DNA of 64,000 nucleotides from NCBI GenBank assembly GCA_050084985.1, contig JBITNC010000001.1, forward strand, positions 199,516,001-199,580,000, written 5' to 3'. Position numbers and translations under genes: made by a program. This document shows, piece after piece, positions 53,001-64,000 of this stretch. The notes beneath the pieces were generated by a model. It ran no database searches, had not been told where the DNA came from, and was given only the letters and a program-made list of their open reading frames with translations. The stretch is from Nageia nagi (taxonomy: Eukaryota; Plantae; Pinophyta). The first letter of the stretch is position 1. Each line of letters begins with the position of its first letter.

Positions 53001-56000
53001 ATCCAATAATTCATCAATGAATGGTATGGAAAATTTATCCTTGATGGTAATTTTATTGATGGCCTTAAAATCCACACACATATGCCATGAACCATCTTTC
53101 TTATGAACTAATAATTGGAGTAGAATATGGGTTTATGCTAGGTCAAATTACTCCTGCATCTAACAATTCTTGAACTAATTTTTTAATTTTATTTTTTTGT
53201 AAACAAGGATACCGATAAGGATGAATGTTTGGTGGTTGACTTCCTAGCACCAACTGGATAGCCTAATCATGAGATTTTTGGGTGGTAAGCCTATTAGTTC
53301 CTCAAAGGCACATGCATGATTACTCAAGATGGATTGCAAGTCCTTAAGCTTTGTGACTTCAAATTTGATGATTGCTAAAGAGTAGAACTATGCTAGCATT
53401 CCCTTTCCAATTTTTCATAGGATCTTTTCCATGCAATGGGAGCTCATAATTTGTGAAAGTCCAACTTGTAATCCCCTAAGAGTATACCCTTATTTGGCTA
53501 TCTTTAAGGTCATCCATAGCTCTATAAAATTCCACTGCATGATGCCTAAAGTCAACCATTACACCCCAAAACCATATCACATCCCCCAAGTGGTAAAGCG
53601 TACATGTCACTTTTCAAAGTATAGTGGCCCATGCTTAGTTTGACATTTTAACATATACCTTTACATGTTATTTTTCCTCCATTACCAACCATAACCTCAA
53701 AATTATTTGTAAGGTGGATGTAACAATCAATAACCTTAACTACCCAAGGATCAATAAAATTATGAGTACTTTCTAAATCTAATAATATGATGAGAGTGTG
53801 CTTTTTAAAAAACCCTTTGACCTTCATAGTTTGAGGGGTAGTAATTCTTGCTAATGCACTGTAAGAGATAACCAGGGCCTCCTCATATAGAATTTTCTCT
53901 ATAGCCTCTATAGGTGCACTCTCATATTCTTCCTTAATAGGATCATTAGCATTAAGAAAATATAACTTTTGTTGAGTACAATGATGATTATGAATAAATT
54001 TCTCATCATAATTATAGCATAAACCCTTGTTTTGATGCTCTTACATTTCCTCTCATGTCAACTTCTTAGTTTGCATTATGCAATTTGGTGGTGGGGCACT
54101 TGTGTTATTAGAGGAATGGGAATTATTATGTGTTTTTGTGAATGGGAGTCTTACATTTTGTCAATGGGAATTGGCCTTGTCTTCAACAAGCTTAGACAAG
54201 GTAATAGCATCCATCATAGTTTTGGGATTAAACATTTGGACCTCTAGTTTAATTTTTTTCTCTAATCCATTGATAAAACAACTTATGAAAAATGCATCAT
54301 CCAACCCCTCTATGTGATTTGCTAGTTTCTCAAACTAATTTTGGTATTATTTGACTGTTGTGGTTTGATGTAACTTGGTCAATGCCCTTGTGAAATATTC
54401 ATAGTCACTAGGACCAAAATGGATCAATAATTACTGAGTAAATTCATCCTATGGAGTAGGATGAGTTTTTGAGTACCACTAGTTCCATTAGAGAGCCTCA
54501 TGATCCAAATGAAAAGTTGCAATGTGCACCTTCAATTCTTCTAGAATTTGGTTCAATGTAAAATATTGTTTAGACTTATAAATCTAGCTCATGGGATCAT
54601 CTCTATCAAATTAGAAAAAATCTAATTTGGTTGTGCATGGTATAATGAAACCACCTTGTTGGCCTTGAAAGTTATGATGATACGCCTATGAATTTCCTAA
54701 CTACCTTGATTGCTGTGAACTAGATGCATTGTTGGTATGACTGATCCTTAGTTGGACACTATCACACTTACTATTAATGGTTTGTATTTGGGTCTATAGT
54801 TATCAAATTTTATCTCTAAATGTGTTGGTAAGTGTATATACCATTTGTTGGATCATATTCTAAAATGTCATCATGGTAGGATCAGCTTGTGCTGTTGTTT
54901 GGGATCTTATCTTAGGTGCCATTTTTGGAAACTACTATTTTTAGAAACTATGATTTTTTAGAAAGTGCCTGAAAAAGTGTATTGGTGTAATATACCAAAA
55001 TGATTAGCTTAAAAAGATGATCACAATGGACTAGGTATTTCAATGATGATTTTTGGACTCCTAGACAAATTATGGGATTTTTTTATTTAGCTTTGAAGGT
55101 TTTGCTACCTTTGAACTACATTTTTGGTGGCTCTAAAAAATTTGTACTATTTTAGCTAAATACACCAAATGATCAGCTTGAAAATATTATCACAATGGGC
55201 TAGGTCTCTCAATGATGACTTTTGAACTCCCAAACAAATTATGGGACTAGATAGTGCCTAAAGTCCTCAACCATTGAACCCCCAAAACTATTACATCTAT
55301 GGGTCTATTTGCTTTTGTTAACAAATGCTAAAATGGTACATATTTTTAGTTATTTAGCTCTAAAGGTTTTGCTACCTCTAAACTAATATTTTTGGTGGCT
55401 TTAAAAAATTGCATGTCATACACTCGATCTCCTAAATCAAGGTTTTTTGTGTGAAGTAATGATTCTAGGGTAAGGATTATCTACTCTGTAGGCTTTTCTA
55501 GACAACCCTCCTATCCAACTTTCATAAGGAAAGATGTTGTGGAGATGAATTTTATGATAAGTAACTTTCTAGTGGCACTTACTAATGCACTACAGTTTAT
55601 AGATGGTTGACACAGCTTCCTACCTAGTTTTCATTTATAGCCTAGATAGTCTTTGATATACCTTTTGGTACATGGAGTCCGGTTTCGTGTAGGGTTATGT
55701 TTGAGGCTTGGATATTGGTGTAGAATTTTTTGCACCTCACTTCACATATAGCTTTATGGGCAAGTGTACTTAGCCAAAAATGATAGATCCTATTGGATAT
55801 TTTAAAACCCCTAGTATAGTGTTTCTAGCTTAGACCTCTAAGAATTTTTTTTTCAATTTTCCTATCGTAGAATGGCCCTAGAAAGAGCTTTGATACTAGA
55901 TGCTATGATGCTACAAATATGAAAGGGAAATATTGCAATAATGTAAATGAATATTGATTTAAACAAGAAAATGGAAACTAATCTAATGGAAATAACAAAG

Positions 56001-56311
56001 CATGCACTAATACATAGAACACAAAATAACAAAAATAAGCAGATAAGGATAGGATTTTACTGAATAGTAACATAATCATAGGCTACTTCAAGGGGGCTAC
56101 CTCCTTACAACTCCAAAAGTGTAAAATAATGTTCAAGATGCCTTCTTCCATACACTTCTACCAATTTATAATATATGAACCCTAACCCTAATAGTCATGT
56201 AAAATCAAGCCTTGCCCTTACAATCACAATATTACGATTTACAATATAGGTCGATAATTTAATTAAAATACTAATACTAACACTAAAATGTTAGGCTGTG
56301 GGATCCTAACA
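50091..56311 (-). mobile_element. Full-length but degenerate Ty3/gypsy chromovirus (Reina-like)
   Basis: LTRs 50091-50502 and 55901-56311 (~411 bp; hand count ~37 substitutions + 1 indel). Perfect TSD tgatt. PBS rc tagtatcaaagc 55887-55898. Gag ATG at 54922, then PR, RT ([28 protein letters not shown]), RH, INT (ISMDFI, KLAPKFYG) and chromodomain. Confidence 0.95.
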
Positions 56312-56361
56312 TGATTATTTTTAACATTATTAAGATACATAATAAAATAATCATGATTATT

Positions 56362-56365
<4 letters not shown>

Positions 56366-56401
<36 letters not shown>
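56366..56401. repeat. (AT)18 microsatellite
   Basis: Perfect AT run. Confidence 0.95.
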
Positions 56402-56403
<2 letters not shown>

Positions 56404-57135
56404 ATTATACATTTAAATGATTATTTTAAACCAAATTAAGATATTTACTAAAATTGCTAAGCTTATTTTGATTACCTTGGTCTAAAAATTCATAGATCAA
56501 GTTGTAATTACTATTATATTTATAAATATGTCTAATATCTTTGTAAAGTGGACATTTAAAGAGAAAATGAGTTTCATCTTTTATGGAATTTAGGTTACAA
56601 ATTCTTTTATCCCATGTTATTTTCGGTATTGTCTATCTACTAATTTTGCTATGTAGTTCATATGAATTAGTTCTTAATTTTATGATTAGAAGTTTCTTTT
56701 TGAGACTTATGATCTTATGTGGGTAGGATGGATGTTCAAGTTTTGGATTAATGATTTTTGTATAGTAGGTTAGTTTAATTTTATTTTTAATATTATCATT
56801 GATTCAAAAATATCAAATTACTTTATTTACAATTTGTAAGTTTAATTTGTTGCTATCCTAAAGTGGTTATGTTATTATGTATGCCCCAAATCTCAATGCA
56901 CTTATTAGAATATTTTATCAAAACTATATTAAGATATTGATTTATTAAACAGGTTTTTTGGGAAGCTATAGGTAGCCTATGTTTATCTATCTTTCTTAGT
57001 TTATAAATGTATGATTTATAAGTCATGTGTGATGAAGCTTCACAACTAACCATGATAAAATATAAATAAATAAATAGAAATATGGATTATAAAATAATAT
57101 TTGACTTTCCTCTTCCAAAATAATTTGTTGGATTA

Positions 57136-59890
57136 TGTAATGATCCCTTATTTGGCTTACATTGGTAACATGTTGAAACCCTTATGTGGGCGTCAAACTA
57201 ATATTAGAAATACTATAATATAAATAGGATCACGTATATTGCTCATTATCATAATTGGAATACCATACTTCTGATTTACCCTATTTTGGTGTATATCTAA
57301 AGACTCTACCCTATTGAAGTGGTATTTAGAGTTTTTACCCTCTCAAAGAGGTTTTTGGATATTTTTGCCTCTTGAAGTGGCTAGCAATCCCTTCCCCCCC
57401 AACTTGAAGTGGAGGCTATAATATTTAGACTTCTATTATTTGATATTCTCAATTCGATTATTATGAGTTATTATTCAATTGATATTATATGGTGATATTA
57501 TTATTTAATTTATCTTCAATTATATTATTTTTAAGATAAGTAGGATTTATTATTTTATTTTATTACCAAGTTCATTCCAAGTGGTATCAAAGCATCAATT
57601 TTAGCTTCCTAAGGGTAAAATATTGGTAATTATTTTTCCCTTTTTGGAGCTCATATTAAAACACTTATATCCTACACATCCTTGCAAATTCTTTGATGAT
57701 ATTTTGGTGTTAATAGTAAATATAATTAAAAATTTATAGTCAAAATATCAAGCATATTAAAATTATATTCACCAATTTAAAGGTATTTGAAGTTTTATAC
57801 TAAAATTATTCTATAAAATGGAAAATAAAAAATGTTTCTCTTATTTTTGGGCAAACATAAAAACTACACAAGGGTTTCATTCAAAAAGCATTTCAGAGTA
57901 ATTAGGGCTATATTTTCCAACTTATTTGAAGATCAGGGTTTATCCAAAAATGTTCCTTCTTATGCTATAAATTTAGAATTTTTCAATATTTTTTTAGTAA
58001 AATGTAGGAAGTACATCATATCTAAAATTTTAGCTTATCTTGATACATTTTGAGAAATTTATTGTAATTTTAGTATGGGAGTATTACATGATTTTTGAGG
58101 ATTTTCAATATTAAAGAAGTGGATCATTTATGATTTAAAATCATGGCTCATAAGAAGAAATAATGTAAATATTTTGATTATGGTGAAGTTATACAAAAAA
58201 AATTTGATGATACCTATGTTGAACATTTATAAAAATATTGATAGAACAAATATCCTTGACTGAATATATGAAATTACAAAAAAAATCAAATGACATTCTA
58301 TACATAGTGATATAAGGCTTATTATAGTTATTGATTATGTGAGTGAAAATGATCAAAAGTGGTTCATATGCAAGATAAGTTAAATGAATTATGAATCTAA
58401 ATACATGTATTTTGTAAGTATGTCCATTGAGGAATGTGAAGAACCAACTACCGATGATGAGAAAATATGGTATGATTCTAATTCTAATTATAATAATGGA
58501 ATTATCATGACTTTGGAGAAAGACATTCAAATCTAGGCTCAAATATATGGTCTAAGCTTTCCTAAATAATTTAAGGAGTATAAATATCAAAAGAAACTGA
58601 AAACACCAATAGTCCACCAAAGTAGATGGGATTATAAAAAAATAGAAGAAATCTAAGGAAATTTACATTCATTGAGAAAATTACACAAAGTATATAATTT
58701 TAAAGTGGAGAGTTCCATTACTATTGATTTAAATGATTGGTATGATGAAAAATATAAATAAATTATAGAATGGAAGAAATAATAAGAGTTACAAGATTTT
58801 AGAGAAAAAGATGAGGAGAGCGAATACTACAAAAAAATTGAACATTCTCTCATAAGAAATGATAGATATATGGAGAAATCTAAATGATATCTATAAATGA
58901 GGTATGATATTAGATTTGATTTTGATTAAATTGATATTAATACAATGGAATATTATGTACATCTAGGAAAAATAGTGAAGGAACCTTGTAGTCATTATGA
59001 TAGTAATGGGTATAAAGAATAAGAAGAGGATCTAATGGTGAATAATATTGATAATAATACCTTTCAAGGAGTTAGTTTTTATAATTTAATAAACATTGAA
59101 CAAAATTTAGTTGATGATCTTGGTAGATGTTCACAAATGGCTACTTTAATAGAAAATCCTTATGGTACAAATAATTCTCATCAATGAGATAAAAATAAAG
59201 TTGAAAGAGACGTATAGTGTTAGGTCCCTTCCATAATTAAAGATATAAGTTTATTGAATCATCCTTTTCAACAAGATATTTCATATTTTTTTAATAATAA
59301 GAAGCTTTTCCAAGTACAATATATTAGGTATTCTACTTATTGAAGAAGTTTACTTGTTAAGAATTGTGATGGTAGATATGAAATTATGAATCATAAGCTT
59401 ATTGATATGCATGAAGAGATAACATTTTATAATCCTATAGAGAAATAATTTATAACTCTTATATCTATTATATGAAGGGGCATATAAAATACAAGGTATT
59501 TATTATGGTAGAATACACATAGTGATACTTTTAATTCTTTAGTTCATGATCATGAAAAATGGGTATTAAATTATTCTCTAGTTATGGATTCCCAAGATAA
59601 GGTTCCTAAAACTACCTTTTCTTATAATTGGGGTATTGTAAAATTTATGGTAACCTTATATATGATGTGTGCCACTTCATTGAATATATATATTTTCTTC
59701 AAGATGAGGTTCATAAGGTTGAGCATAAAATTCATGCATATTGTTATGATGAAATCTTTCGTTATATTCCTTGTAGGAAAAACGAGATAGTAAGGCAAAT
59801 TTGCCATTTAATTATACCATATAGATTTAGTTTTGATTAATATCCATGGATAAAATATTTTTAAATATATATGGGAAACTTAAGTTCAAG
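57136..59890 (+). mobile_element. Highly decayed Ty3/gypsy-derived element: 5' LTR + PBS + pol scraps; no 3' LTR seen
   Basis: LTR 57136-57579 (TGTAATGA..TCATTCCA). PBS tggtatcaaagc 57582-57593. Knuckle-like EPCSHYDSNGY, GPF/IFHI (INT tail-like) at ~59220-59300, and RT-like DKVPKTTFSYNWG at ~59595. Confidence 0.6.
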
Positions 59891-59939
59891 GTAAACAAAC
59901 TATTGATTTAAAATAAGGTAAACAAACTATTTATTTATA

Positions 59940-60010
59940 TAGTTTGTTGGTTGAGTTGGTCATGTTGTAACCCTATTTTACAGAGTGTCCCATGTTCAAA
60001 TCCCATCAAG
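59940..60010 (+). mobile_element. Possible decayed tRNA-derived SINE head
   Basis: A-box-like tagtttgttgg and B-box-like tgttcaaatccc ~50 bp apart. No cloverleaf or TSD recognised. Confidence 0.3.
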
Positions 60011-60097
60011 AGTGATACAATGTACTACCTATAGTCATACCATAGATCGCTCTTGATCTCCTATGAATGTTAATAAATTTTCATTCTTTCTTTCTTT

Positions 60098-60673
60098 ATG
60101 GAATATCATCTTAATGCATTTAACACTATGGTAAGTCATATATCATCTACTAATATTAAGATATCTAAAGAAGATAAGTATATTAACTTGTTATTTTATT
60201 TGATAGATATATGGTATAATTTGGTTATGATTCTTATTACATCCTTATTATCAAAAGAAATGAGGCAAAAATTCATGTAAGTTGTATCTAATTTTTCCTT
60301 ATATATAAGGGTTTATTCCCAAGATAAAAGTAATAATAAGTCTAGGGATATATTTAACTAGTCAAGAGGGAGGTATAAATATCCTAAAAACCTTATAAGG
60401 AAATTTTAGATATATGATAAACATGGGCATATGAAGAAGGATTGTATATATAAGTATATTGATAAAAGTAAAAGGGTATGTTGATACTCCTTCCATAGAA
60501 GAAAAGAAATCCACATAAGAAGCTGGGGATATATACATGGCATATTCTAGTACACATATAGATCACAATACATGGTTTATTGACTCAAAGGATTATTTTC
60601 ATATAACTTCTCATAGGGAGTGAGTTTTTGAATATGAAAATTATAATGGAGATGATGTATTTTTAGAGGATAA
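60098..60673 (+). pseudogene. Ty1/copia gag-protease fragment
   Basis: HLNAFNTMVSHISSTNIKISKEDK..LLSKEMRQK, knuckle GHMKKDC, and protease WFIDS..FHITSHRE..YENYNGDDVFL. Cut at 60673 by the next insertion. Confidence 0.85.
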
Positions 60674-61720
60674 TGTAATGATACAAATTCCTTAGGACCC
60701 TAGATTAAGGATAAAATCAATAATTATTTATATTAATACATTAAAATATTTGATGACATATTAAAATGAGTAATCTAAATTGAATTGTTGAATTAAACTT
60801 TATATGAAATATGATGCTAATCCCTATGAACTATTAATAGATTTAACTATGAATTGTTACTCTAAGACTGATACCTAATTTGAAATTTTTAGGTGATATC
60901 TCTATCCTTGGTACATTCTTCTTGTTGGTTTCTTAAATTTGTCATATATATTATATTTTGGATGGATACACAATAATAGTATATTAGTAGAGTGCATTTT
61001 CCCTTAGGTCACCATGCAGGTAAATAATAACTAGACCAAAAAAGGCCTTTGGGAGTAGTTTGAAGGTACTCTATGGTGATGGTTAATAGCTACATGATTA
61101 GGGTCCCATAAACCACTTCTTAAGATCCTAGGATGTTGGTTTAACACCATGCATTTAAAGTATCAGGTGACAATTTAAAATTTCCTTTTCAGTATTTAAT
61201 GTGGTGATTTTATAACCACCTTTGAATAATTACTTTAAACAAATTGGAGTAGTCTAGAAGCATTATTCCATCATGTTTTTTTTTAAACATATCATGGAAT
61301 AATTCTCTCAAAATGTACCTTCCTAGGGAACCTAAGGTTCACCCAAGAGCAATCATAATGTTTTCCATGGGCTTCCAAAGGATGGCCCAATAGAATTGAC
61401 TAGTCACTATTTAATGTTATATCTTACTCATCCTAGTCCAAGACTAGTGAAACCTAAAGGTAATTCTAATTGAAACTCTATAATGGCACAATACATAGAT
61501 ATACAAATAATATGATGGAATAATTATTCCAAACTACACCATCCTTGATAACTTGAGGTTCACCCCTAAGCTCAATCATAGTGTTGTCCATGGGCTCCTA
61601 AAACATGACCTAGTGGAATTGGTAAATCATTGTTCAATATTTTATCTTACTCATCTTAGTCTAAGACTATTGGAACCTAAAGGAATACTTAACCACACCT
61701 TTATAATGACCCAATACATG

Positions 61721-62120
61721 GATATGAAATGCTCCAAGTGCACCATATGATATGAAATGATCTAAGTACACTATATGATATGAAATGATCCAAGAGAACC
61801 ATATGATATGAAATTATCTAAATGCACCAACATATGATATGAAATGATCCAAATGCACCATATGATATAAATTAATATAAGGACACCATGTGATATAAAA
61901 TGATCCAAATGCATCATATGATATAAAATGATCTAAATGCACCATATGATATGAAATTATCTAAGTACACCTTATGATTTGAAATTATCTAAGTACACCT
62001 TATGATTTGAAATGATGTAGTTGTATCATATGATATGAAATGATCTAAATATGATTTAAATGATCCATATGATATGTAATGATGCAACTATACCATATGA
62101 TATGATATAATCTAAATATA
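61721..62120. repeat. 28-bp minisatellite, ~14 units, consensus GATATGAAATGATCCAAATGCACCATAT
   Basis: Head-to-tail units with no spacers; units degrade toward the right end. Confidence 0.93.
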
Positions 62121-62395
62121 GTATTTGATATAAAAAAATAAAATGAGATCATTTAAATATCTTTGAAACCTCATGAAGTGATATAAGTATCAAATGGGTT
62201 ATTTGAAACCTCTAACAAATTAAAACCTCCCACTAAAAGATATAAATAAACCTTGTGATATGAAAATATTTGAATAGACCTTATGATGTGATATGAAATA
62301 ATTTAAATATACTATATGATCTAAAAATTGGATTGAAGAAGAAAAGCAACTATTCAAAACCTTGAAGAAGGAAAGAACTTATTCAAAACTACAAC

Positions 62396-63205
62396 ATTTT
62401 ATTTACAAGAACTAAGTAGACACATCCACATACCCAATTCAGGTTTTATGTGTATTTTGGTAGTGAAGTTCAAAGCCCCTTAAAACATTTGATTTACAAT
62501 CACTAAGTAGATAAATCCATATACATAATTTAAGTTTTATGGGTATTTTGGTAGTGAAGTTCAAATATCCTTCTAGGTAGCATGCAATAACCACACCATC
62601 TGATTTACAAGAACTAAGTAGACACATCCACACACCCAATTCAAGTTTTATGGGTATTTTAGAAGTGAAGTTTAAATAACCCTAAAGATAGCCTATAATA
62701 CATGCAAGAATGTCAACAATTCATGTAATAATTATTCATATTAGGAACAATTCAATAAGAATCACTCATGCTATTAAACTATTTAAAAGTAAGAACATGT
62801 AAAAAGGTTATGCAGTAAAGGTTTGTTCCTAAGTACTTTATCATATAAAAGAATTTGAGGTCATCCTTGTAGTATCCATGAATTGCATATCCTCCAATCA
62901 TTGCAGTCCATGAAAGTGTATCTTTATCATGCATATTCCATATTAACATATATATATTTATTAATTTTTAAGGGAATTGTGATAATTAAGTTCAAAGCTT
63001 CCTCATGATAGCCCTCTTAACCAAAAAGGTTAACAATGAACATATATGATTCATATTAAGAATAATGCAATAAGAGTCGCTCATGTTATTAAATTATTTA
63101 GAGCCCTCATCTACTAGACCTTTATAGATGCATGTAAGTAAAATATATATAAAGGTTATGCTATTAGGGAATTTAGAAATTTATCATGTATTTGAGTTTG
63201 TTGAG
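62396..63205 (-). pseudogene. Tandemly amplified fragments of a PLS-class PPR gene (last PPR motifs + start of E domain)
   Basis: 62934-62788 reads MHDKDTLSWTAMIGGYAIHGYYKDDLKFFYMIKYLGTNLYCITFLHVLT. ~63170-62950 reads PNSITFIYILLTCIYKGLVDEGSK*FNNMSDSYCI..NLFG*EGYHEEALNLIITIPLK. LNFT.KIPIKL..VWMCLLSSCKS occurs three times in 62396-62700. Confidence 0.88.
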
Positions 63206-63589
63206 GCAAGGGAGTAGAGGAGATTAGGATAGATTGGAATGGGAATTTCAATTTTTTGAAGAGGTTAGGCAAGGTGAGAAGAAATATTGGTAAGTATTAT
63301 TCAAAATTTTTACATGTAACCTTATAAAATTTCTATTGTTCCTTATATTATTCCTCATTTTGCAAATAGGTCTTAACTCCTAATGATTACATTTGGAATA
63401 CAAGTCTAAAGGGAATTTTTTATAAAACCCATTTTTTATGTATCTTGTAATCATTATAGACCATAAAACTATGAATTTACATCATTTATCTTGTCAAATA
63501 ATTCTCAAGATTTATGTATTCTTCCAAAATTTTCATACATTTCTTAGGATTATTTTTAGATAGTTTCTTTCCTTCTCCAAGACAATTTT

Positions 63590-64000
63590 TGGGCACCATT
63601 TTGAGACATATTTTGTGTTGATTTTTCTATGATCCAAATTGGATCATGTTAGGTTATTCTCTATAGGATAAGTATTCATTATAGAGGTATATGTTCTTAT
63701 ATACAAACCAAAAACTAAAATTTGGAATTAATCGATGTACAAAACCATGCCACCAATGATATGCAACACTATTTTTAGGATGTTAACAACACACATCTTA
63801 ATGAGTTAGCAAGGGAAGTTGAAGGGACATCAACATTTTGGGTAGGTGATCAGTTCATTATCTTCAACCAACATCTTAGAGATGTTTCCAAGATTATTTA
63901 ATGGCATGATACTCTTTGATTCCATAAATGGAGTTTAAGGATTTTGGGATTGTAAATATTTGAAGAAAGACTAAGAGTCATTCCAAAATTTGTGTAGTTC
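63590..64000. mobile_element. Further LTR-element ends: PBS-like site on the minus strand and a new LTR start at 63630, running out of the window
   Basis: rc tggtgccc at ~63591-63598 next to TG at 63602. tgatccaaattggatca at 63630 matches the LTR start of the 23388 family. Confidence 0.4.

Larger units (their letters stand above)
60674..63458 (-). mobile_element. ~2.8-kb solo-LTR-like unit containing a minisatellite and captured PPR gene fragments; orientation inferred
   Basis: Terminal inverted match TGTAATGAT..ATCATTATA (CA decayed to TA). Flanks gataa/gacca are a possible decayed TSD. Interrupts the copia protease. Internal ~220-bp duplication (61330/61552). No pol. Confidence 0.55.

Noticed and set aside
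57582-59890. Endogenous caulimovirid (Met-tRNA site followed by AT-rich ORF-like DNA)
   Set aside because: The site directly follows a TG..CA LTR, the remnants look Ty3-like (GPF/chromo tail), and no movement-protein motif was recognised.
59940-60010. Functional tRNA gene
   Set aside because: A/B-box-like motifs only; no acceptor or anticodon stems. At best a decayed SINE head.
61721-62120. 28-bp repeats as a CRISPR array
   Set aside because: Units are head-to-tail with no unique spacers, there are no cas genes, and the context is eukaryotic; this is a minisatellite.

Overview
This is eukaryotic plant nuclear DNA, most likely a gymnosperm/conifer (inferred from TE lineages, PPR wording and very strong CG/CHG decay). 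No prokaryotic system is present. The first ~2 kb hold the last two coding exons of an ALKBH10-clade (AlkB/2OG-Fe(II), m6A RNA demethylase family) gene. Next come ~2.4 kb of CpG-retaining flank ending at an (AT)38 tract. The remaining ~59.5 kb is a nested, heavily deaminated transposon region. Its parts are: an L1 LINE split by a non-autonomous LTR element and a hAT-like DNA transposon (the latter holding a one-LTR Reina chromovirus); a gag-only Tat/Ogre-like element with three insertions nested in it; a non-autonomous Copia; a full-length degenerate Reina chromovirus; and further fragments. Most boundaries were set by hand from TG..CA ends, PBS/PPT and target-site duplications (TSDs). The most interesting observations are: (i) a ~2.8-kb solo-LTR-like unit carrying tandemly amplified fragments of a host PLS-E-class PPR (RNA-editing factor) gene; (ii) a degenerate third ORF directly downstream of LINE ORF2; (iii) a three-LTR array with one TSD and no visible PBS; (iv) non-autonomous elements whose interiors are codon-multiple repeat filler; (v) all six Met-tRNA PBS copies mutated at the same CAG (CHG) site. 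Family assignments come from motif recognition without database searches.
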